Virus record (IMG/VR): IMGVR_UViG_3300006217_000016
Location: 6,503 to 70,502 of that record
Reading direction: 5' to 3' (one strand)
Length of the DNA stretch: 64,000 nt
DNA from: a virus
Taxonomy: Duplodnaviria > Heunggongvirae > Uroviricota > Caudoviricetes
Under the pieces are notes generated by a model. That model saw only the letters and a list, made by a program, of their open reading frames with translations, had not been told where the DNA came from and ran no database searches. Shown piece by piece: positions 35,509 to 44,015 of this stretch. A program made the translations under genes and the position numbers. Within the stretch, counting starts at the first letter, position 1; the number at the start of each line of letters is the position of its first letter.

Positions 35509-35715
35509 TTATACAATCACGATTTTGCGGCTGAACAGAAACCACAGACCGAGTGGGAGCGTGATGAAGATTGCGGTACAGTCCTGGTCTTCAGGTGTTA
35601 CGCCGGTTGAAGCGAGCCAGAAGATGAGACCTGTGATAAGGAGCATAATCAAACCCATGACCCTTTGCTGTGCCATTAGCTTCTGGCGGCGCTGATTTCT
35701 TGTATAAGCTGCCAT
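35509..35715 (-). CDS. Small membrane protein
   Basis: 68 aa with two TM helices. Confidence 0.4.
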   Translation of the reverse strand: MAAYTRNQRRQKLMAQQRVMGLIMLLITGLIFWLASTGVTPEDQDCTAIFITLPLGLWFLFSRKIVIV

Positions 35716-35762
35716 CTAAAACCTCCCTCTCGTTGCGGGTTTCTCACTCTGCATTTCTCATG

Positions 35763-35800
35763 CGGGCTTGTGACCGCCAATGGCTGCATTAAGAAGCCGT
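35763..35800. repeat. About 40-nt repeat GGGCTTGTGACCGCCAATGGCTGCATTAAGAAGCCGTCC (second copy at 34369-34410)
   Basis: Both copies precede a GC hairpin. Confidence 0.45.
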
Positions 35801-35817
35801 CCGGAAATTCTGGACGG
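35786..35817 (-). terminator. Rho-independent terminator downstream of tRNA-Ile
   Basis: CCGUCC-AGAAUUUCC-GGACGG hairpin plus UUCUUAAU on the minus strand. Confidence 0.5.
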
Positions 35818-36042
35818 CGACCCACGCTACTGAGGTTTCTTATTTCGTAAGTGTGCGTGTAGCTTAGTCCGTATCAATTCATAAACTAAACTATCGGATT
35901 TTCCCGACTTTCTACCCACTGCTGGGTCATCCCCTCAGACCAAGGAATGGGGACGCCTCCCAATCCCTTCCGTATCTCGGTACTCTTTTCACGATACGGT
36001 ATGCCGCGTAAAGCCCGTCGCGGTCAGCTTTGCCATGTGGTT

Positions 36043-36115
36043 TAGCGTGGACCGGGCTTGAACCGGCGACACACGGATTATCAATCCGCAGCTCTACCTA
36101 CTGAGCTACCACGCC
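36043..36115 (-). tRNA. tRNA-Ile (GAU)
   Basis: Acceptor GGCGTGG/CCACGCT. D-arm GCTCAGTAGGTAGAGC. Anticodon loop TTGATAA. T-loop TTCAAGC. No CCA encoded. Confidence 0.7.
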
Positions 36116-36167
36116 ATATGCAAACCGAACCTCAAAATCGGTATGAGGATCGGTTTACTAACTGAAA

Positions 36168-36323
36168 TCATGCCGGCTGTTCTTCCACCACATCAGAGAT
36201 GAAAACCCGTCCGCCGACAAGTTCTTTTGCCTGTTCCCATGCTTCTTCGATTTTCAGCGCGAAGACATAACAGACCGGAATATTGGGGTTATACCCATAA
36301 CCGAAAACTGCAAAGCGTTTCAT
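36168..36323 (-). CDS. Small hypothetical protein (51 aa)
   Basis: ATG preceded by AGGGGGA. Not in the track (under 60 aa). Confidence 0.3.
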   Translation of the reverse strand: MKRFAVFGYGYNPNIPVCYVFALKIEEAWEQAKELVGGRVFISDVVEEQPA

Positions 36324-36427
36324 ATCTAATCCCCCTATGCAAATGAACCGCTATGATTTTTACCACGAGGCCAGCCTCCACCTCGTTCAACGCCGCCAAC
36401 CTCCGAACACGGCGCACTGGCCAGATG

Positions 36428-36640
36428 TTACCTTAAAACCCTTCTGGGCATGGATACAGAAGCACCCTCGAATGTGGCGACAACGAGAGAGTGAGTAGCT
36501 GCGATAGCACACCTATCGCAATCCAGATGCAAACCCCTATTGCAGCACACATCGCAGGAGTAAGAGAAATTCTTTCTTGCGTGGCCGATGGATACAGCTT
36601 CATGCTGGAGCTCAACGCCGCGCTGCTCAAACTTGGTCAT
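36428..36640 (-). CDS. Small Cys-rich protein
   Basis: 70 aa. RBS GAGGGTGA upstream. Confidence 0.4.
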   Translation of the reverse strand: MTKFEQRGVELQHEAVSIGHARKNFSYSCDVCCNRGLHLDCDRCAIAATHSLVVATFEGASVSMPRRVLR

Positions 36641-36870
36641 CGTATCACCCTCTCATATTCGATTTTGGTTTGAAACCTGATGGCGGAACAGCATACAGTT
36701 CCATTACCCTCAGCTCAACAGTTCACTTGAAGCAAATCGAGGGAGTTTAGCCTGTGAACCCGGCAACATGGGTGACTCGAACGCGGCCCCTATATGCCTG
36801 TTCCGCCGACCGCCCTATTGGGCGGTTTCGTCGCAATTTTCAGCGACTCGTCAGGGCGGCTATATGCCGA

Positions 36871-37002
36871 CTACTTACTGCCGGAAACCTTCTTGCCCTT
36901 CTTCTTGGGAGCGGGCGGGACATACTTCGGATTAGCGGAGCAATATCTGTTTCCGCAGGGCTTCTCCTGCCCGCATGTCTCCTTACAAGAATAATTCGCC
37001 AT
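36871..37002 (-). CDS. 43-aa basic Cys-rich peptide (MANYSCKETCGQEKPCGNRYC...KKKGKK)
   Basis: Internal ATG with GGAGGAAATCT immediately upstream. The longer ORF lacks an RBS. Confidence 0.35.
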   Translation of the reverse strand: MANYSCKETCGQEKPCGNRYCSANPKYVPPAPKKKGKKVSGSK

Positions 37003-37171
37003 AGATTTCCTCCGTTCATTTTTTGATTTGTGAACCTCAGCAGACAGTATTCCATCCGCGGACGGGCAAAAGCCCGTTTCGCCGTCATTACGGCTCATCA
37101 GCGCGGCTATCAAATGGGCATAAAAAAGACCCTCTGGGTCGAAACCTCAGAGAGTCCTTTTATACGCCTGT

Positions 37172-37510
37172 TCAGTTGTCGTCGAAAACGCCTTTCACCG
37201 TCATCGAAGCCCTTAGACCGCCATTGTTCAATGGAACCAGCTCGAAGGTATTGCACTTGCTCAAAGCGTCTCTCAGCATAGAAACCTTTTCTCCTTCCAA
37301 GTGGATGTCAGGAATCTCAATCGAAACGCTCCCAGAAGTGAACGTCGGGTATAGCTTCAAGGTCGCCGCCGCTCCAATGATGTCGGAAACCTCATTGTAA
37401 ACGGATTTCAAAACCTCATACTGACCATCGTTCACAGTGCATTTGTCCGAAGGGCCGTCCCTTACGGCAGCCACAAGCAGAGCCTCGAAGATGTGCTCAA
37501 ACTGGTACAA
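37172..37510 (-). CDS. Hypothetical protein
   Basis: 112-aa ORF. Confidence 0.45.
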   Translation of the reverse strand: MYQFEHIFEALLVAAVRDGPSDKCTVNDGQYEVLKSVYNEVSDIIGAAATLKLYPTFTSGSVSIEIPDIHLEGEKVSMLRDALSKCNTFELVPLNNGGLRASMTVKGVFDDN

Positions 37511-37602
37511 TCCATCACGCTCCTTGCCTAAAGTTTAAGCCAATTATACCATCAGCAGAATTGATTTGCAATCAGAAACCTCACCAGAGCAGAGCCAAAA
37601 AC

Positions 37603-37989
37603 CTAACCCTGGCTTACAACATACGGCGGATGACTCAGCTCAAGGATCACATAGCCGGAGTATTCTGTTTTCAAAATCACATCATCCAGGATGGTGTCGG
37701 GCGTCCCGTTACAATCCCACAAGAGAATCTCGGCAATATCGCCGGTACACCAATCCTCACAGCCAGCGAATTGCCAACGAAAACCTACAGCGTCCACGAG
37801 ATAAACCGTATCCGCTTCATAATCCAAGGACACCACCTCAGCAGTCCTCAGATGGTAGGCCGAAACGTCAGGCGTTTCGATTGACAGACCTCCCAGAATG
37901 GGACCGATAGCAAACGCGGTGGAACCTATCGCCATCAGGGATACGGCCATCACGACCGCAGAGATGAGAACCGTCAAACGTTTTCTCAT
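37603..37989 (-). CDS. Secreted/lipoprotein-like hypothetical protein
   Basis: Start at MRKRLTVL with AGGAGGAGG upstream. N-terminal signal peptide. Confidence 0.5.
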   Translation of the reverse strand: MRKRLTVLISAVVMAVSLMAIGSTAFAIGPILGGLSIETPDVSAYHLRTAEVVSLDYEADTVYLVDAVGFRWQFAGCEDWCTGDIAEILLWDCNGTPDTILDDVILKTEYSGYVILELSHPPYVVSQG

Positions 37990-38126
37990 ACAAAACCTCC
38001 TCCTGGCCTTCAGGCCGTAAGTCAAAACCTTTTGCCCTCTCTGCGTTTACACGGACTTGAGACCGTTAGCGGACAACGTCCGCCAGTCGCATTAGGCGCG
38101 GAGGTAAAACCTCCGCTGTGCCGCAA

Positions 38127-38990
38127 TCAGGCGGCGGCAGGAGCCTTCTCGGCGGTCATCGGCTCAGGAGTGGAAACCTCAGCCGCCTTGGACTTCTTGG
38201 CGCGGGTCTTGGAACCCGTTTTGGCCTTGGGCGCAGAACCCTTCTCATCCTTGGGCTCGGTGGCGGCGGCACCGTTGCGCTTGTAATCCACGCCGTAGAC
38301 ACCCTTGGTAACGATGCGGTAGAAAACGTCGCCCATCAAGGACATCAGGATGGTGTGCTTGGAACACTGAACCCGCAGGGCGGCGCGGTTGTTGCGCTTG
38401 GTGTAACAGGACATCACATAGCCCAGGTCGTGGCCGTTGACCTTGCCCTCACCGGGGGAAAGCATGTCCAAAACCCGTTGCATATGCTTGACGACCTGGG
38501 TGTCGCTGGTGGGTGTCTTGCCCAACTGGATTTCAGACGCCAACTTGTCCATGTTGTAGGAGTCATCAATCCGCTTCATCTCAGCGGCGGTAACTCCGAT
38601 GGTCTCGGCGACGCGGAGCGTCAGCCGCTTGTTGAGAGCCTGAAGCTCATAGAACCAGCCCAGGTCGAACCCCTTGACCTCGCAGAACTTCTTAAGGTCG
38701 ATTTGAACGGTGCGCTCGGCCTTCTCAACGCCGGTCATGCGGCCCTCGTCGGTGGTCTTCTTGTGGCCGATGGTGGTGAAGTGGTGAAGCTCGATGGCCT
38801 GGTGGGTGTCCAGAAGCCCGGCGAACACCTCGGACTCGCGCAAGGAGCGATACTCCTTCTCGATGTTGACGAGCTCAGCCAGCTTGCCCTCAACGTCGGC
38901 GTTCGTTCCCTTGGCGCAAGCCTGGTTGACCTCGGCGATCTTCGCCTCGTAATCCTTCAGCAGCTCTGCCTTACGATTTTTCGTTGCCAT
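38127..38990 (-). CDS. Hypothetical protein with Lys/Ala/Pro-rich histone-H1-like C-terminal tail (possible DNA-binding)
   Basis: 287 aa. Tail ...KGSAPKAKTGSKTRAKKSKAAEV... Confidence 0.5.
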   Translation of the reverse strand: MATKNRKAELLKDYEAKIAEVNQACAKGTNADVEGKLAELVNIEKEYRSLRESEVFAGLLDTHQAIELHHFTTIGHKKTTDEGRMTGVEKAERTVQIDLKKFCEVKGFDLGWFYELQALNKRLTLRVAETIGVTAAEMKRIDDSYNMDKLASEIQLGKTPTSDTQVVKHMQRVLDMLSPGEGKVNGHDLGYVMSCYTKRNNRAALRVQCSKHTILMSLMGDVFYRIVTKGVYGVDYKRNGAAATEPKDEKGSAPKAKTGSKTRAKKSKAAEVSTPEPMTAEKAPAAA

Positions 38991-39754
38991 AACGTAACCT
39001 CCTAATAAGATTTTCTATGGGCAAGCCCATAATGAAGCCCTGGAACGAAGCCGCTCCAGGGCTCGATATAGGTTTGCACTCCCTCTGGTGACTTCTGCTC
39101 TGCGCTCAAGTCCACGGGACGTAAAGACGCCCGCACCACTTGTCGCAGTATTCACCGAAGTGCGCGGCATTTCAACCGCTCACCATTGGGAGAGAAAAAT
39201 TCACGTTATCATGCTATCAAATCCACTCCGGCCAACTATTCCGCTCGCTGTACTAACTCCCTTAGAGCCTTCCGGCGGCGATGTGCCACGCAACGCGCAA
39301 CCCTCCTTGAGAACTGCGACGCCTTTTAAGCATAGTCACAAAGCTGCTTTATAGCTGAGCCATCCTGAACCGTCAAGCACTTATCCACCCACACGTTTCC
39401 ATCACGTTTGCAGTTGGAGCGGAACCAACTGATTGCCGAGAACTCAATACTGCCCGCGTTCAGTACCCGCGCACTGGGAGCCTAACTCTCCCAATTTTTG
39501 GCTGGCCTTCTCTTGGGACGGTTGGAGCCGTCACATGTTGCAAGAGTACACTTCTTCTGCTGGCAGAAGTACCCCTTGAGCGAGCGTGTGATGCCCTCAA
39601 GGTGGCGCGTGGTATACCCCTCTGCATTTGCACAGGCTTGGGACTGTCCAGACAAGTGTAACTTGCCCGGGCTGCATTGGTATACCGCCGGGGGTGGGCG
39701 CGTGGTGTGGCGCGTGGGGTGTGGGGCGGGGTGTGCTTTTGTTCCCCCGTATAT

Positions 39755-39782
39755 ATGCACACGGCTGTCACCCCCCCCCCCC
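39755..39782. repeat. Direct repeat DR-L (ATGCACACGGCTGTCAC + C12) flanking the sigma-like gene
   Basis: Matches DR-R at 40759-40783. Confidence 0.55.
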
Positions 39783-39791
39783 GGAAAAGGG

Positions 39792-39828
39792 CATAAAAAG
39801 AGCGGGGCGGCCCGTGTAGCCGCCCCGC
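39792..39828 (-). terminator. Rho-independent terminator of the sigma-like gene
   Basis: GC-rich hairpin GCGGGGCGGCUACACGGGCCGCCCCGC then UCUUUUUAU on the minus strand, directly after the stop at 39845. Confidence 0.6.
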
Positions 39829-39844
39829 CGTTATGGGGGTGTGT

Positions 39845-40627
39845 TTACTTCTGGTTCTTGTTCATGCCGCCGCGCTTCCGCATGGTTGCCAGCGTTTCCG
39901 CGATATCGTCCGGGGTGTACCCAGCCGCCGCGAAAATTGCGCCGTCCTTGTCCAGTTCAACCGCCTTTTTCAGTACCCAAAAGTAGGCTTTTGCAAGGTT
40001 TTTGTAAACATTCTGGCGCGCTTTTCCTGTCTTTTCGGCGATATCCGCCGCGCTCATTTCCTGTTGATAGGACAGGGTGAACACTTCGACTTGAGCCGGG
40101 GAAAGCGTGGGGGCGGTTGCGTCAATGGCGCGGGCAATCAGACGGTCAAGGGCGGGGCATGTGGCGCGGGGGTAACGGGGCTGGACGTTGCACGCAACCC
40201 AGCCGGGGGTATACTCTTTCTCACTGTTGCGGTTTTGCTTCTGCTGATATGCGCGGATAGCGGAGAAAGCCGCGCTTTTCACCTGGTACATGTCCGCGCC
40301 GGGGTTGTCCGTCAGTGTGGCGATAATGGCAACGGTGGCTATGCTGGTGTAGTCCTCTTTATCCCACTGGCTGCGGTTGATGGGGTTCATCACGGCGTAG
40401 TTGTTCCGCCTCTCCCAGTTCTCGACGCTGGCAAGGGTGAATTTCGCCATATCTTGAATGGCTTCGGGGTTCTCCATGTCTACAAGGGGGTAAATGCGGA
40501 CGGTGGCGCGGGGGTACTTCTCATTAGCCGCCGTTACGGCGTCCTGAAGGGTTCCAGCGGTGAGAATTTCAAGGGCTTTTGCTGTCTTGTTTTCGCGGTC
40601 GATTGCACAAATTTGATACTTTTTCAT
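39845..40627 (-). CDS. Divergent sigma-70-family region-4-containing protein (putative phage sigma or transcription factor)
   Basis: C-terminal LSPAQVEVFTLSYQQEMSAADIAEKTGKARQNVYKNLAKA resembles a sigma region 4 HTH. RBS AGGGAG upstream. Confidence 0.45.
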   Translation of the reverse strand: MKKYQICAIDRENKTAKALEILTAGTLQDAVTAANEKYPRATVRIYPLVDMENPEAIQDMAKFTLASVENWERRNNYAVMNPINRSQWDKEDYTSIATVAIIATLTDNPGADMYQVKSAAFSAIRAYQQKQNRNSEKEYTPGWVACNVQPRYPRATCPALDRLIARAIDATAPTLSPAQVEVFTLSYQQEMSAADIAEKTGKARQNVYKNLAKAYFWVLKKAVELDKDGAIFAAAGYTPDDIAETLATMRKRGGMNKNQK

Positions 40628-40699
40628 GGTTTTACTCCCTGTTTCACCGATAGATTAGCGGGGACGGTTGCCGCCGCGCCCCGTTGCGGTGATATGGAT

Positions 40700-40728
40700 A
40701 ATATACACCCCCGATTAAAGATTGTCAA
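40700..40728 (-). promoter_or_regulatory. Near-consensus sigma70 promoter for the sigma-like gene (TTGACA-N17-TATATT)
   Basis: Read on the minus strand: TTGACAATCTTTAATCGGGGGTGTATATT. Confidence 0.6.
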
Positions 40729-40758
40729 CACTTTTTTTTGAGGGGGTGTCAACAATGC

Positions 40759-40783
40759 TATGCACACGCTTGTCACCCCCCCC
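40759..40783. repeat. Direct repeat DR-R (TATGCACACGCTTGTCAC + C8)
   Basis: Matches DR-L. Lies within the divergent promoter region together with TGTCAAC/TGTCACC iteron-like motifs. Confidence 0.55.
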
Positions 40784-41110
40784 GGCGCGGTGTGTGTGCC
40801 GCCGGCCCGGCGTGGTGTCTATGTCACCTTTTCGCGCTATGTCCCATAGAGGGGGCTTGTTTTCCATATTTTGACGAAACGCCCCCGCAGCCCAGGCGCC
40901 CAGTTGGCTCATCTCCCATGGGTCACCAAAAAACTCACTCCGACCACAACACCTTGCGCCACAACACTCACAGCCGTTTTATCATCGGGGAGAATGTGTT
41001 GCTCACGCCATTCTTTATAAAGGATCGTCACAGATGATAAAACGGCGTCTCGCCAAAGTAGCTTGAAACGTGACTTTAAGGAGACAGATAATTTTCTCCG
41101 AAATTTGTGC

Positions 41111-41138
41111 TTGACATCTGGGGCGATTATGCTATAAT
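41111..41138 (+). promoter_or_regulatory. Consensus sigma70 promoter for the recombinase arm (TTGACA-N16-TATAAT)
   Basis: TTGACATCTGGGGCGATTATGCTATAAT, about 50 nt upstream of the int ATG, with RBS AGAGGGAGG. Confidence 0.7.
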
Positions 41139-41187
41139 AGTATCATAGTCAACAATCTTTTTTGAAGTATAGAGGGAGGCACCGTTC

Positions 41188-42021
41188 ATGGGCAAGGTTA
41201 TCAATGTAGACTTCACAGCGCGGAGTGCAGACGCAAACGCAGACGCAGTCATCGACGTTAAGGCAGTAGCTCAGTCCCGGAGGTTGCTCCAGGCTGGCCT
41301 GATCGCGCCGGCTGTCGAGGATACCAGTTACGAAGTAGCGGGGGAACATGCAAGCGAACCTATCAAGAACGTAGATGACATCTACGCCGTGTCTGAGTGG
41401 TTCATCACCAGAGGCCGGTATCGCGACAACATGCTCTTCATCGTTGGCATCAACTTCGGCCTGCGAGTCAGCGACCTGCTGACGCTGCGGTTCTCCCACC
41501 TGATCGACGAACAGTTCAGGTTCAAGACCACGTTCCCCATTCTGGAGAAGAAGACCCGGAACACCAGGAAGGTGAAGCGCAACCGCTACATCACCATCAA
41601 CGATGCCGTGGTGGATGCAGTCACGCTCTATCTGGAGAACACACCAGGCGTCAAGCTCAGCGACTTCATGTTCCGTGGTGAGAGCAACCGGTGCGGCAAG
41701 GACAACAACAAGGCCATGAGCCGGAAGTCTGCCGACCGGATCTTGAAGGAAGTCGGTGAGGCGCTCGGCCTCGGCATCCACATTGCTACCCACACGCTGC
41801 GCAAGACGTTCGCCTATCACCAGATGGTAATGAGCAACAACGACCCGCGCAAGCTCCTGCTTCTGCAGAAGATGTTCGGACACAGCACGTCCGCCCAGAC
41901 GCTCGACTACATCGGTATCACTGGTGAGGAGATCGAGGAGGCGTACATGCAGCTCAACCTGGGCGGGCGCCGCTCGCTCCGGCTGATGGACAGCACCATC
42001 GTGGAGCAGCCGGCAGGCTGA
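41188..42021 (+). CDS. Tyrosine recombinase/integrase (phage integrase family)
   Basis: Box I GLRVSDLLTLRFSHL. Box II HTLRKTFA...FGHSTSAQTLDYIGIT with the catalytic Tyr. Confidence 0.8.
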   Translation: MGKVINVDFTARSADANADAVIDVKAVAQSRRLLQAGLIAPAVEDTSYEVAGEHASEPIKNVDDIYAVSEWFITRGRYRDNMLFIVGINFGLRVSDLLTLRFSHLIDEQFRFKTTFPILEKKTRNTRKVKRNRYITINDAVVDAVTLYLENTPGVKLSDFMFRGESNRCGKDNNKAMSRKSADRILKEVGEALGLGIHIATHTLRKTFAYHQMVMSNNDPRKLLLLQKMFGHSTSAQTLDYIGITGEEIEEAYMQLNLGGRRSLRLMDSTIVEQPAG

Positions 42022-42105
42022 TGCGCCACCTGCACCTTGACAACAGAATAGGATACTACAGTCCTTAGCTCCCTCGTTTGAAGGCTCTATAGCTACAAGT
42101 GTTCC

Positions 42106-42200
42106 TACAGAGATTCTCTTTAAGGGTTACCCCCTGAAATAATCCATTTCAAGGGCCGAAATTTTCGTTTTACCACCTGGGTGGTGGTAAACGGTGGTAA
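42106..42200. repeat. Repeat R2 (TACAGAGATTCTCTTTAAGGGTTACCCCCTGAAA ... CCACCTGGGTGGTGGTAAACGGTGGTAAAGG)
   Basis: Second copy of R1. Lies immediately upstream of the gene at 42215. Confidence 0.55.
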
Positions 42201-42214
42201 AGGAGGTTTTGCTT

Positions 42215-42595
42215 ATGAGTGTGAACTGGAAGATGGACGAGACAGCGCTGGGCCGCGAGACGTTCGCCGAGGACTTCGACGACTACGGGCGCGGGGAAGA
42301 CCACAAGGTTTCTATCGGCGACGAGGTCGAAGCCACAGACAAATACGGGCGTACCCACGCCGGGGTGGTGGTGGGGATCATCCGCGACATCAACCGCGAG
42401 CCGGTATGTTATAAGGTATGGAATGAGGAGCTGGACGACTTCGATTTCATCCAGGCGTCAGACAACATCCTGTGTGAGCCGTGCGGCTCGTCGCAGTGGT
42501 CGCTGGAGCGCATCGGGTATGTGCAGCATGGGAACGATGCAGACCGGTGCTGGTTCTACCTGAACAAGCGGACGGGGGATGTGATCTATTGGTAA
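42215..42595 (+). CDS. Hypothetical protein
   Basis: ATG with AGGAGG 8 nt upstream. The track ORF starts earlier at an alternative codon. Confidence 0.5.
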   Translation: MSVNWKMDETALGRETFAEDFDDYGRGEDHKVSIGDEVEATDKYGRTHAGVVVGIIRDINREPVCYKVWNEELDDFDFIQASDNILCEPCGSSQWSLERIGYVQHGNDADRCWFYLNKRTGDVIYW

Positions 42596-42612
42596 AGGTA
42601 TGTGACGCCATC

Positions 42613-43815
42613 ATGGGAACCGGCAAGAGTTCCGCAGCCATTACATACATGAACGACCACCCCGAGAAGAAGTTCATCTACATCACACCATACCTTGAAG
42701 AAGCGACACGCATCGCCACATCATGTTCCCGGCTCCACTTCTTCGAGCCCAAGAAGAAAACGGAGTTCAATGGGTCAAAGACCCTACATACGATTGACCT
42801 CGTGAAGCGAGGGGAGAACATCGCTACCACCCATCAGGCGTTCCGGTTCTATCCACAGGAGCTTCTGGAACTGGTGAGTGGGCAGGGCTACACGTTAATC
42901 ATCGACGAGAACGTAGACGTGCTGGAAACGCTGGACGAAGACCCGGCAGATATCCAGATGGCTATCGACGCCGGGTACATTTCCGAAATCAGACCGGACG
43001 TTTTCCACCTCGTCAAAGACGTATACGATGGGAAGACGCACCGGGATCTGTTCCGAGTCCTGCGGACACGCGACCTGATTCGGATGACTGGCGAGTCCAA
43101 GGAGTCTTTCTTCTACTGGCAGCTCCCGCCTGAACTCATCACCTCGTTCGACGAGGTATACATCCTGACGTACCTGTTTGAGGGACAGAGCCTGCACCAC
43201 TTCCTCGAAATGTACGACATCCCATACCAGTTCGTTGGGGTGGAGAAAACGGGCGACAGCGAGTTTAGGTTCAGCAGCTCGACAGAATACGTGCCGGACT
43301 ACGTCCATAACATCCACGACATGATTGAGATCGTGGACGACCCCAAGCTGAATGATGTCGGGGAGGACGACTTCTCCCTGTCCATGAGCTGGTTCGACAA
43401 GGAGAGTTCTGACACATCCAGGTTGAAGAACAACCTTTATAATTTCTTCCGCTATATGTGCGGGGCAGAGGCCGCAGACAGAATGTGGTCTACATATCGT
43501 GACGCGAAGTCGAAGATCCAAGGCAAGGGATACACCAACGGGTTTATTCCGTTCAACAAGAAAGCGACGAATGAATATAGGAATCGCACCGCCGTTGCGT
43601 ACTGCGTCAACCTATATATGAACGTCGGACAAAAACTGTTCTACCAAAACAACGGCGTGGAGGTAGACGAGGACGCATACGCCTTATCCATTATGGTACA
43701 GTGGATTTGGCGAAGCGCAATCCGTGATGGGCAGAAGATCGTACTGTATGTTCCAAGCAAACGGATGCGCGGTCTGCTTACCAACTGGATGGAGGAGGTG
43801 AGCAGACGTGGATAA
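42613..43815 (+). CDS. P-loop NTPase (Walker A GTGKSS, Walker B LIIDEN), function unknown
   Basis: Start at MGTGKSS with AAAGG upstream. The longer ORF overlaps the previous gene. Confidence 0.55.
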   Translation: MGTGKSSAAITYMNDHPEKKFIYITPYLEEATRIATSCSRLHFFEPKKKTEFNGSKTLHTIDLVKRGENIATTHQAFRFYPQELLELVSGQGYTLIIDENVDVLETLDEDPADIQMAIDAGYISEIRPDVFHLVKDVYDGKTHRDLFRVLRTRDLIRMTGESKESFFYWQLPPELITSFDEVYILTYLFEGQSLHHFLEMYDIPYQFVGVEKTGDSEFRFSSSTEYVPDYVHNIHDMIEIVDDPKLNDVGEDDFSLSMSWFDKESSDTSRLKNNLYNFFRYMCGAEAADRMWSTYRDAKSKIQGKGYTNGFIPFNKKATNEYRNRTAVAYCVNLYMNVGQKLFYQNNGVEVDEDAYALSIMVQWIWRSAIRDGQKIVLYVPSKRMRGLLTNWMEEVSRRG

Positions 43816-43981
43816 GTGTGACAGATGTTTATGGGCAGGGTGCTGTCGTACAGCCATGGATGGATGCCCGGACTTTACAACGGTGGACGAGAACGAATAC
43901 ATCGAGGAGTTCCACAGGGTTCGGTCAGAGGAACTGCTTCCGTATTGGATGATATATATCGGACAATACAGCGACGACTAA
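43808..43981 (+). CDS. Small Cys-rich protein (57 aa; alternative frame to track ORF 43825..44019)
   Basis: GTG start 10 nt after GGAGGAGG. Protein-like sequence ...ENEYIEEFHRVRSEELLPYWMIYIGQYSDD. The two overlapping frames cannot both be real. Confidence 0.25.
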   Translation: MDKCDRCLWAGCCRTAMDGCPDFTTVDENEYIEEFHRVRSEELLPYWMIYIGQYSDD

Positions 43982-44015
43982 TTTTTTTAGCGTATCAACA
44001 ATTTTATTTGAGGCG

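Noticed and set aside
39088-39986. ORFs in the 39.0-39.9 kb GC-rich gap (39460..39771, 39498..39986 and others)
   Set aside because: Arg/Pro/Gly-rich compositional artefacts that span a C12 tract and the terminator, with no RBS. The region is better explained as non-coding.
4-40741. Long plus-strand ORFs antisense to minus-strand genes (for example 4..1038, 3754..5136, 12435..13448, 14301..15749, 38118..39005, 39833..40741)
   Set aside because: Each overlaps a minus-strand gene with a clear domain assignment. They have G/A/R-rich shadow-frame composition and no RBS.
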